From: Bacteroidales bacterium
GTDB taxonomy: Bacteria > Bacteroidota > Bacteroidia > Bacteroidales > UBA932
Length of the DNA stretch: 48,701 bases
Direction of reading: 5' to 3'
NCBI GenBank assembly: GCA_024398335.1
Contig: JAKSJJ010000001.1
Location: 1-48,701, forward strand
The position numbers and the translations under genes were made by a program. Positions 9,580 through 17,997 of the stretch are shown here, one piece after another; the first letter of the stretch is position 1; each line of letters begins with the position of its first letter. The notes beneath the pieces were generated by a model. The model was not told where the DNA came from and searched no databases. It was given only the letters and a program-made list of their open reading frames with translations.

Positions 9580-11139
9580 TTATCTCATTGTCTCTGTAAC
9601 GGAAGTGATACGTCCGAAGCCGCCGAAGCTTCCGTTATCTTTATATGTGAACATTCCTGTAGCGACATTGAAAGGCCTGAGGTAAACCTTGCCCTCGCCC
9701 GTTGTCTCGTTATAGGTAGTGATTATTATCTGCATCCTGTTCGTGGAAAGGATGAACTTGTATTTGTCATCATACTTACAGTTGCCATACCAGCCCTGCA
9801 GATACTGCTGTATGCCTGTAATCTTCTCAGCCGCTGAGTCAGGCTTCCAGGAAAGAGCCTTGGTAGTGAAGTTGCCGGAGGTCAGAAGCGAAGAGTAAAT
9901 CTTATCCTCGGTAGCATAGAAGAACAGGTTAGCGTTATCGCAGAAAGCGTATGATACAGCCTTGTCAGCGTCTGTGAGGTTCAAAGGATGTATTTCAGCC
10001 ACCTTGTTATTTCCGGCGTTGAGAATCACGGCGTTGTAAGAGCCGTCCGAGCCCTTGAGGATATATATGCAGCATCCTCCGTTGAACTCTCCGCATGCTA
10101 CGCTGGTCTTGTCGGCGAGGAATACCTCGTCCGGAGTGACATTTCCGACCATAGTAGTGAGCGAACTCTGGTGAACGGTCCAGCAGCGCTGCGTGTAGAA
10201 CTGATGATTGACGTCATCGTAAGCGTAGATGTCTCCCAAGTCCTGGGTCACAGAGCAGAAATTAGAAGGCTTGAATCCGCATTCCTTGCTCATAGGGTTA
10301 GTGACGACGGCGAACTGATGATCCATCAATGAGCTGACAGTGAACATATTGCCGTTACAGAGGACCTGGCAGCTGACCGCTCCGGAGTTTCTCACGTATG
10401 TGACATCGTATTTATCTGCCGAATAACCCATGAAGCAATCCCCGTCTGTACGGACTACAGTATAAGTTGTAGGGTCGATGGCGTAGAAGCACTTGTCCGT
10501 CGCGATGTGCACAATTGACTCATTAAAGGATTTAACCTGAGCGGCGCCCATATCGGTCAGGACAGAGAACTCCATAGAGCGGATAGAACCCTGCAAAGGA
10601 GTATCACTGACAATGCCCATGATATCCCTTGTGATATGGAAATCAGAACCCACATAGCCGTATGTGAGAGCAGGTGAACTGATAAGGTCCAGCATAGAGG
10701 TCTGGCCACCATCCTTGGTGTGACCCACGAGGAGTCCTTCGCCCAGAGATGACGTGATGAAGACTTTCCAATACTTGACCTTCTGATACCCGCTTTCCTT
10801 ATTCGTTACAGTCAATGAAAGAATGTAAGGTACATCGGAGGCTGGCTGTACAAGTTTGAAGGAAATATCATGTCCGTCGCCGAGGAAAGCCCTTCCCTTG
10901 GTGTTGTCTGCAGCCATGTCAATCTCCCAGAGATAGCTCAGCTGGGAAGCCATGACTCCGGACTGGATAGCTGTGGCGCTCATTTTCAACTGGTCTCCGT
11001 AGGAATATGTAATGGTCTCATCCTCGATTGAGGAAGTGATCAATATATCCGGATACACACTTGTGCGCATGGTGCTCTTGTCAGAATAGCAGGAGCACAT
11101 CAGCAGCGAAGCCGCGATAAAAAGTAAAATCTTCTTCAT
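9580..11139 (-). CDS. PKD-like family lipoprotein
   Basis: Lipobox CSC-Y-S-D-K-S, an LSYLW PKD-like segment and GLLV...LDLI followed by beta-propeller-like sequence. Typical position after SusD-DUF4843. Confidence 0.7.
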   Translation of the reverse strand: MKKILLFIAASLLMCSCYSDKSTMRTSVYPDILITSSIEDETITYSYGDQLKMSATAIQSGVMASQLSYLWEIDMAADNTKGRAFLGDGHDISFKLVQPASDVPYILSLTVTNKESGYQKVKYWKVFITSSLGEGLLVGHTKDGGQTSMLDLISSPALTYGYVGSDFHITRDIMGIVSDTPLQGSIRSMEFSVLTDMGAAQVKSFNESIVHIATDKCFYAIDPTTYTVVRTDGDCFMGYSADKYDVTYVRNSGAVSCQVLCNGNMFTVSSLMDHQFAVVTNPMSKECGFKPSNFCSVTQDLGDIYAYDDVNHQFYTQRCWTVHQSSLTTMVGNVTPDEVFLADKTSVACGEFNGGCCIYILKGSDGSYNAVILNAGNNKVAEIHPLNLTDADKAVSYAFCDNANLFFYATEDKIYSSLLTSGNFTTKALSWKPDSAAEKITGIQQYLQGWYGNCKYDDKYKFILSTNRMQIIITTYNETTGEGKVYLRPFNVATGMFTYKDNGSFGGFGRITSVTETMR

Positions 11140-11146
11140 GACGCTA

Positions 11147-11953
11147 TCAGTTTTTGAAAATAGTTGAAAGGATAGTTGGAGGCGTATCTGGCTTTGTGCC
11201 CTTTCCTACCGCTGTGGAATAATTCGTATAGACTTCGAAGTCATCGCTGTGCATATACGGATCATCAGGATGGGCGAGGTCGTGTTCCTGTACGAAATCA
11301 TAGAACACCTTGGCCTGGGCATACCACCATGTAAAGATACGATACGACAATTCCGGGTCATTTCTCGCGCCGTTGGTATAGCCTGCTCTCTCCACCTCAT
11401 CGCCAAGCACCTCCACAAGAAGCTTATGGTAGTTCTTGCTGTAGCCGTTGCTAAAGAAATAGAACCATGACTGCCATACGTTAGGATTTGAAGGGCGCAT
11501 GTACTCATCGCTCCAAGCCACGCGGCAGACATCAGCGTCATATTTGAGATACGAGAAATCCTTATTTTTTCTGATAGCGAGAGTCGTAGTCCTGGTCGGG
11601 ACCTCAAGGGTCACAGGCTGGACTTTGAGGATAATCTTTCCTGAGAGCTCTCCGGAGGGAACGTATGCGCGCTCGATAGTGAAATCCGTCCCCAGGACGG
11701 CGTTATTATAGCTTGAGTCCACGACCTCGACAGCGATTTCCCTGTCATAATCGACGGCCGGCCCATAAAGCTTGAGATTGACCGTACACTCGACCACTCC
11801 GCTCTTTCCTCTGAGGGAGAACTGCGAGTACACAGGATCGAAGAATACGCAGGAATCCTTCACAGCATACACGGGAACTTGCTTCTCCGAGCACGATATG
11901 ACCAGCAGCGAAAGCGCTACGGCTAGCGACAAAATTGAAACAATCCTTCTCAT
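11147..11953 (-). CDS. DUF4843-like lipoprotein
   Basis: Lipobox ISC, G-x-A-V-D-Y-D-R, P..W...FF..GYSK motifs, located after SusD. Confidence 0.7.
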   Translation of the reverse strand: MRRIVSILSLAVALSLLVISCSEKQVPVYAVKDSCVFFDPVYSQFSLRGKSGVVECTVNLKLYGPAVDYDREIAVEVVDSSYNNAVLGTDFTIERAYVPSGELSGKIILKVQPVTLEVPTRTTTLAIRKNKDFSYLKYDADVCRVAWSDEYMRPSNPNVWQSWFYFFSNGYSKNYHKLLVEVLGDEVERAGYTNGARNDPELSYRIFTWWYAQAKVFYDFVQEHDLAHPDDPYMHSDDFEVYTNYSTAVGKGTKPDTPPTILSTIFKN

Positions 11954-11956
11954 AGT

Positions 11957-13456
11957 CTATAATTCCTGTTTACGTCCATAATTAATCTCAGCGTCCGGAT
12001 AAGGCAAAGTCATGTCCTGCACCCTGGTCGCACGGCCAGTATGAGAGAATACAAATCTCGAATACACATTCTTGCACACATGCTTCATGTGATACAGAAT
12101 CTGTCCTTCGTTGATAAACTCCCTTTCATACTCCTGCGCGAGAACATCCGCCACGTCCACCGTAGATGGAAGATTCTCCTGAATGCCCCTATGCTTTCTG
12201 ACCTCGTCCAGAAGAGCTCTGGCGTCGTCATCACGATTCTGAGCGATGCGGGCATCGGCGAGGATAAAGTACAGTTCAGGGAGCTTGATCATTGGCATGA
12301 GGTTTCTGTATTTATCCCAATAACTGCTTGAGCCGTAAAGCTTGTAGCAGTCATATCCGCCCTGATTGTATTTGAGAAGCAACGCCTCGCCCCTTATATC
12401 TCCTAGAATCAGTTCCACATCATCAACCTCATAAGGCATGATGAAAATATAGGAGAACGTCTCATCAAGATGGAAGGCCTCAGAGGTGCTGGCGCCCGGG
12501 ATAAGATACCCCATGGTACGCTCATACAATCCCGTACACTCAAGAGAGAAAAGGTGCTCTGAAGAGAAGGTCCAATCCTTTCTGTCGTTATCGTAAGTAG
12601 TGAGAATGGCTTCCTGGTCCACCCAACTGGCGCCTCCGTTTGTCGTGATACCGTCAAGGGCGAGCTGAGCGTACATAGCGGCGTTGTCGTAGTCCTCCCT
12701 CCACTGATAGATTCTCGCGGCGAGAGCCTGGACAGCGTAAAGGTTGAGATGACGGCGGCGGTTATTCCAGTATCCGTCAGCGTTAGGTCCCTCGTTGAAT
12801 CCCGAAGGAATGACGCCGGTTACAGGATCCTTGGCAAGAAGTCTCAACGATTCGTTCAAGTCCTTCATGAGAAGCTCCGCTGTCTCCTTATATGTAAGCT
12901 GAGGAGTCACCTGCATGCCATAATGAAGAACATAAGGGATAGTCAGTTTGGAGGAAGCCACGCTGTCCCAGCCCCATATTCCGAAGGTACGCATAAGGTC
13001 GAAATGGCAATATGCCCTTATCGCGAGAAGCTCTCCCTTTATAAGGTTGAACTCCAGTTCGCTCGAGAAGAGATCCTTCGCTCCCTCAAGACGGTCAAGA
13101 ATCATATTGGCGTTCGCGATTATGTTGTAATAACCTTTCCACAGGGTGGCTATATCCTCGCGGACATTGACATGAGTGTAATTATGGTTCTGAAGATTCA
13201 TCAGCTTCGCGCTGGTGAAATTCTGATAAGGGCAGCAGATGATATCATTCATATACCACGTAGCATACATTCCGTACGCGTCGCTGGAACCCATGGTGAT
13301 ATACACTCCGGAAAGAGCGTCCAGGTATCCGTCACGGCTTTTGAGGATCTCGTCGGCCTGGAACTGAGTGGAGGAAGTGGCCTGCAGCCATTTCTCGCAG
13401 CTGACCGTCGAGAAGGCGGCCAAGGCTATAAATATATATGTCGCTATTTTTTTCAT
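11957..13456 (-). CDS. SusD/RagB family lipoprotein (locus A)
   Basis: SC-EKWL, ALSGVY, Y..IANAN, KGELLAIRAYCHFDLMR.FG, E...EFI.EGQ, P.PD.E terminus. Confidence 0.93.
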   Translation of the reverse strand: MKKIATYIFIALAAFSTVSCEKWLQATSSTQFQADEILKSRDGYLDALSGVYITMGSSDAYGMYATWYMNDIICCPYQNFTSAKLMNLQNHNYTHVNVREDIATLWKGYYNIIANANMILDRLEGAKDLFSSELEFNLIKGELLAIRAYCHFDLMRTFGIWGWDSVASSKLTIPYVLHYGMQVTPQLTYKETAELLMKDLNESLRLLAKDPVTGVIPSGFNEGPNADGYWNNRRRHLNLYAVQALAARIYQWREDYDNAAMYAQLALDGITTNGGASWVDQEAILTTYDNDRKDWTFSSEHLFSLECTGLYERTMGYLIPGASTSEAFHLDETFSYIFIMPYEVDDVELILGDIRGEALLLKYNQGGYDCYKLYGSSSYWDKYRNLMPMIKLPELYFILADARIAQNRDDDARALLDEVRKHRGIQENLPSTVDVADVLAQEYEREFINEGQILYHMKHVCKNVYSRFVFSHTGRATRVQDMTLPYPDAEINYGRKQEL

Positions 13457-13462
13457 ATATTT

Positions 13463-16400
13463 CTAGAAAGTGGCTGAGATTGAGAATGATATTGAACGTG
13501 CGTATGGATAGTATGTACCCCTTTCTATCTTTATCGAAGAGAGGGTGATAAGGTCGCTGCCGTAAAGGCTCAGACGAAGCCTGCTCATGCGGGCCTTGCG
13601 TATCAGCTCGTACGGAAACGCGTAATAGATAGTGGCGGACGAAAGGTTCATCACGTTGTTTTTCTGCACGAAGCGTGAAGTCGCCATCGTTGGTGAATTC
13701 TCTCCGTTACGGAACTGCACCGGCTGTCCGGCGATTTCCTTGTGCCAGCGGTCCGAGAAGATACGTCTGTCGACGTTATCGCTGACAGAAGTATTCTCCA
13801 CCATGCCCACAAGAGTGCTGTTGTATTTATATCCGCCGCCATAGTATGTGAACACCACGCTAGCTCCGACGCCGTGTATTTCCATATTGAAACCGAAGTT
13901 TCCGTTGAAAAGAGGGTCTGAAGAGCCGCAGTTCGCAAGATCCGTCGCAGACCACGTATTGGTCACAGTACCGTTCTTACGCACAAAGATCTCATTTCCC
14001 GTGACCGGATCGACACCCAGAGACTTCACAGCCCAGATAGAATGCAGTGGCATGCCGTCGTAATACTGGATGACAGGAAGCTCGGATTTATTATCCTTCG
14101 CATATTGCTGCTGCTGTTGGTTGTACGCCCTCATGGCGTCCGACACCTGCAGAATCCTGTTGTCATTTACCGCGATCTTGGCAAGAAGCGCGAAATAAGA
14201 GCTCTTCTTCTGGAAGACAGTGTAGGTAAGACCGAGCTCGGCTCCCTTATTCCTGATTTTTCCGAGGTTATCGCTTACCATCGAGAATCCGGTCGAAGGA
14301 AGGAGCGTACGGTTGAACACGAGGTTCTTAGTATCCGCGATATAGAAGTCCGCAGTAAGGTTGATAGCCTTTGTACGGAAATCAAGGCCGAGGTTATAGT
14401 CCATCTTCTGCTCCCAACCCAGGTTAGGGTTCTCCATATTGCCCAGATACACTCCAGAGAAGCCGTTATAGTACTTGTCGTTGAAGTAATTATAGACAGC
14501 TACAGAGTTGTTGGACATGTAGTTCTGGTTTCCGGAAGATCCGAGGCTGAAACGAAGTTTGAGCATTTTCATCCACGAGGCGTTCATCCACGCCTCGTTG
14601 TGGAGGTTCCAAGCCACGCCGGCGCTCCAGAATGTTCCCCAACGGTTGTTTGTTCCGAAAACAGAAGACGCGCTGCCCTTGACAGTACCGTCAAACATGT
14701 AACGGTTCTTGTAAGAATATCCCACGGTAAGCAACAGACCGAGGTTACGGTTCAGTCCGGAACTACCGGTAGGAGTAGCGTCAGCTGCATATTTGCGCGC
14801 GAAGATGATATCATCCATCCTGCTGTTAGGGAATCCGGCAGCGTAATGGGTGACCTCGCTGTATTTGGTCTGAGAAATCTGGTACTGAGCCGTAGCGAAC
14901 ACATCATGATCATTCGCGAAGGTCTTGTTGAACTGAGCTGACACGTCGCCCGAGAAAGACGTATATGAGCCGTTAGACGCCTCATAGCTTCCCTTGCTCA
15001 GGAGAGCGTCCTGGGTCTCGCTGTCATAGTTAGAGAAGAACTTGCTATGCTTTGAAGGATAGAAGGTCTCAGCCGAGGTCCTCTTAGTGTCTATACCGAA
15101 ACGTCCGACTATCTTGAGAGCCTTGATAGGAGAATACTCGATATAGAAATTGTCCGTGAAGTCAAGATATGACTTGGTATCCTTCACATTGAGCTGGGCG
15201 TCATAGAGCGGGTTGGCCACGTATGAGCCGCCGTCAAGGATATGGTAGAACTTTTTGACGATGTTCCCTTCATCATCGTAAGGATTGAAATAAGGGTTCA
15301 TCTTCGCGTAATTGTAGAAGTTTCCGTAAGGAGACTCCTTGGAACGCATCCAAGAGATGCTCATGATGTTGCGGAACTGCCAGCGTTTGTGGCGATACGC
15401 GAGATTCATGTCACCGCTGACAACCTCACGTGAGGAACCCTTCATCGCTCCCTGGATATTGTTGTAAGCGAAGGTGGTGAAAGACTTGAGTTCCTTATTT
15501 CCTATCTCGACGGAAAGAGAATGCTTGTTGCTCACGCCGGTGCGCAAAGGCTTGGACAGCCAATAGACGCTCTCCCCTTCCATGGCCCTTTTCAGACGCT
15601 TTGAGTAAACTTCCTGGGCCATCATCATGTCAGAGCTGGAAGTGAAGTTGGTATAGTAGCCCTCGCGGCGCTCGACCTCAAGTTTCTCAAGGGCGTTACA
15701 GAGGTTGTAGCTGGAAAGATCCGGCATCTCAAGGGAGATGTTGCCGTTATAGGAAATCGCAGTCTTACCAGAATCAAGAGACTTGGTCTCGATGACGATG
15801 ACACCGTTTCCTCCCTTTGAACCATAGATAGCCTTCGCGGAAGCGTCCTTGAGGATGGTGATGCTCTCGACACGGTTCATATCCATATCCTGGATCTTCT
15901 CGACCGTAGTCTCGAAGCCGTCGAGGATGAAAAGAGGCATGTTCACGTCCGCGACGAAATTACTCTTGAGGGAGGTTGTCTCCATTCCGAGCGACGAGGC
16001 TCCGCGGATCTGCATCGAGGTCATCGCGTTAGGGTTGGATCCCTGCTCAAGGTTGTCCAGAACGAGAAGGGACGGATCGATGTTCTTGAGGGACTCAAGC
16101 ACGTTCTTATTACCGACCTGGCGAAGAGTCTCTGAGTTTACGGACTGTACGGCGCCGGTGAAGCTGTCAGCCTTTCTGGTATAGATACCGGTCACGACAG
16201 TCTCTTGGATCATCTCGGCGTCGAGCTGTAGCTTGACAATCGAGGAGCCTTCGATAGAAAGCACCTGAGTCTTGTAACCGAGAAGCTCGAAGGTGAGTTC
16301 CTTACAGTTTTTTGACACGACGATTGAGTAACGTCCGTCACGGGAAGATACCGTACCACCCTTAGGGTTTGAGGCATCATAAACGACGACGCCTTCGGCG

Positions 16401-16525
16401 GGTACGTCATTCTCGTCGAGAATCACTCCGATGACCGTTTGACTCGATTGAGAAAAAGCGGGGAATTCGCTAACAAATGCAAGCGACAAGCAGCAAACGA
16501 TTACAAATCGTAAGCATGAGCCCAT
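13463..16525 (-). CDS. SusC/RagA TonB-dependent transporter (locus A)
   Basis: ETVVTG, PLFILDG, ILKDASAKAIYGSKGGNGVIVIETK SusC signature, C-terminal F. Alternative start at 16552. Confidence 0.95.
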   Translation of the reverse strand: MGSCLRFVIVCCLSLAFVSEFPAFSQSSQTVIGVILDENDVPAEGVVVYDASNPKGGTVSSRDGRYSIVVSKNCKELTFELLGYKTQVLSIEGSSIVKLQLDAEMIQETVVTGIYTRKADSFTGAVQSVNSETLRQVGNKNVLESLKNIDPSLLVLDNLEQGSNPNAMTSMQIRGASSLGMETTSLKSNFVADVNMPLFILDGFETTVEKIQDMDMNRVESITILKDASAKAIYGSKGGNGVIVIETKSLDSGKTAISYNGNISLEMPDLSSYNLCNALEKLEVERREGYYTNFTSSSDMMMAQEVYSKRLKRAMEGESVYWLSKPLRTGVSNKHSLSVEIGNKELKSFTTFAYNNIQGAMKGSSREVVSGDMNLAYRHKRWQFRNIMSISWMRSKESPYGNFYNYAKMNPYFNPYDDEGNIVKKFYHILDGGSYVANPLYDAQLNVKDTKSYLDFTDNFYIEYSPIKALKIVGRFGIDTKRTSAETFYPSKHSKFFSNYDSETQDALLSKGSYEASNGSYTSFSGDVSAQFNKTFANDHDVFATAQYQISQTKYSEVTHYAAGFPNSRMDDIIFARKYAADATPTGSSGLNRNLGLLLTVGYSYKNRYMFDGTVKGSASSVFGTNNRWGTFWSAGVAWNLHNEAWMNASWMKMLKLRFSLGSSGNQNYMSNNSVAVYNYFNDKYYNGFSGVYLGNMENPNLGWEQKMDYNLGLDFRTKAINLTADFYIADTKNLVFNRTLLPSTGFSMVSDNLGKIRNKGAELGLTYTVFQKKSSYFALLAKIAVNDNRILQVSDAMRAYNQQQQQYAKDNKSELPVIQYYDGMPLHSIWAVKSLGVDPVTGNEIFVRKNGTVTNTWSATDLANCGSSDPLFNGNFGFNMEIHGVGASVVFTYYGGGYKYNSTLVGMVENTSVSDNVDRRIFSDRWHKEIAGQPVQFRNGENSPTMATSRFVQKNNVMNLSSATIYYAFPYELIRKARMSRLRLSLYGSDLITLSSIKIERGTYYPYARSISFSISATF

Positions 16526-16671
16526 TTGTTGTTTAAGATAACAACCTATCATTACTTAAAGTGCACTAAAAAGTTCCGTAAAATTAACAATTTAACTTAA
16601 AAAACGAAAGAAATGAAGCGATATTTTAAAACTTACAAATTGTAATTCGACGACAGAGAATTATCTATTTA

Positions 16672-16703
16672 TTCCAAATATTCAGTCATTCGTTCCACAT
16701 ATT
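16672..16703. promoter_or_regulatory. Direct repeat TTCCAAATATT / TTCCACATATT with 21-bp period, candidate LytTR operator
   Basis: 10/11 identity at 16672-16682 and 16693-16703, between divergent susC and lytTR. Confidence 0.4.
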
Positions 16704-16714
16704 ATATTTTTAGG

Positions 16715-16724
16715 TAAATTCGCG
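16715..16724 (+). promoter_or_regulatory. Putative -7 promoter element TAAATTCGCG
   Basis: Matches the recurring TAnnTTCGCG motif, 32 nt before ATG 16757. Confidence 0.55.
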
Positions 16725-16756
16725 GACAGAACAGACTTAGCTACAATTTAAACTTC

Positions 16757-17101
16757 ATGGACATCACAAGAATAATAGTCGAGACACAAAACGCATACAT
16801 CCCCGTCAAGATTTCAGAAATCATCTTGGCGGAGTCGGACTTCAAGACATGCGTAATCTACACCGCGGCAGGTGCGAGGCATCCGCTAGGCATGAGCCTT
16901 AAAAAGCTTGAGGAAACCCTCGGCACGAAAGAATTTATCAGAGCCTCACGCCAATGGCTAGTAAGGCTCGACATGATAGACTACATCGAGAAATCGTTTC
17001 TATCAAAAAGCTGCCTGATCCTGAAAGACTCAGCAGGACCAGGCAGAATAGAAGTCAGCAATGACAGGTTGAAAGCGATTCTGGAGGCATTAGAGGCTTA
17101 G
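16757..17101 (+). CDS. Stand-alone LytTR DNA-binding domain regulator
   Basis: I..SEIILAES..K.C.IYT, SLKKLEETL, FIRASRQWLV (degenerate FxRxHRSxLVN). No receiver domain. Confidence 0.85.
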   Translation: MDITRIIVETQNAYIPVKISEIILAESDFKTCVIYTAAGARHPLGMSLKKLEETLGTKEFIRASRQWLVRLDMIDYIEKSFLSKSCLILKDSAGPGRIEVSNDRLKAILEALEA

Positions 17102-17988
17102 AATCTATATCCAAGACCCACGACAGGGGTCACGCCTATCTTGCCCTTAGGTCCGACAAGGACCGTGGCGTTGATGCAGAAACCCTTGGCGCAGAAGCCA
17201 AGGCCGGCGCTCGCATGAGAAGGAGTGACTCCGCCCCAGCGATATCCACCCATCACATAGACAGCGTCCTTCCAGTTATAGCAAAGGCTGCCGGCGGCGC
17301 AGTAAGGCTTGGCAAGGCCGAAGACATACTCAAATTCAGCGGCTGGCACGAGGTGATGGACCTCACCCATGACAATATCATAACCGGCGCTTACAAAGAC
17401 AGAACCCGGAAGATTGAACTTCTCGCCCTCTGATGAGGCCACCTTCGGAGCGAGATTACGACCTCCGACCACGGCGTTAAAGCCAGCGAAAGTAACCTGG
17501 ACAGCAGGATTGAAGGTCACGCCATTGATGACATATTCTTTTGCAAGAGCACGTCTAGCGTATCCTATCTCAAGTCCGAGCGCTACATGCTCGCCTATGG
17601 CTCCGCTGACGCCGACGCTGGCGCGGAGAGTCTGAGGCTTGAAAGTGCCGATGAGCTCCCCGAAGTCATCGATGACATCATAAGGAGTCTCCAGCTGCTG
17701 CGCGTAGCGAGCCCTGACTGCGAGAAAGTCGCAGACCTTAGAGTAGGCGTCCACGCTGATATGATGGGTAGAGTTCAGGTCATAAAGCTGATACCCGACT
17801 CCGGCATATCCTCTTGACACGCCCCTCATAGGTGACGCGGCGTTGTCAAAGAGAGATATACTTGCCTGAGCGGCGCTGAATGGATTCTGGTCTATAGCGA
17901 GGAAAGGCATAGTCACCTTATCTTCCTGCGCGAAAAGAGCAAGGCTCAAAGAAAGAGCAAAAACAGTTGAAAGTATCTTTTTCATCAT
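17098..17988 (-). CDS. PorV/PorQ-like outer-membrane beta-barrel (T9SS-associated)
   Basis: Sec signal peptide, PFLAI..NP.SAA N-terminal motif resembling PorV family, alternating beta-strands, C-terminal YRF, adjacent to a CTD-bearing protein. Confidence 0.7.
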   Translation of the reverse strand: MMKKILSTVFALSLSLALFAQEDKVTMPFLAIDQNPFSAAQASISLFDNAASPMRGVSRGYAGVGYQLYDLNSTHHISVDAYSKVCDFLAVRARYAQQLETPYDVIDDFGELIGTFKPQTLRASVGVSGAIGEHVALGLEIGYARRALAKEYVINGVTFNPAVQVTFAGFNAVVGGRNLAPKVASSEGEKFNLPGSVFVSAGYDIVMGEVHHLVPAAEFEYVFGLAKPYCAAGSLCYNWKDAVYVMGGYRWGGVTPSHASAGLGFCAKGFCINATVLVGPKGKIGVTPVVGLGYRF

Positions 17989-17997
17989 TCCCGAGCA

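Noticed and set aside
16553-16756. Invertible promoter upstream of susC, also checked at 34493-34800
   Set aside because: No long flanking inverted repeats around a promoter were found by eye, and no recombinase gene is in the window.
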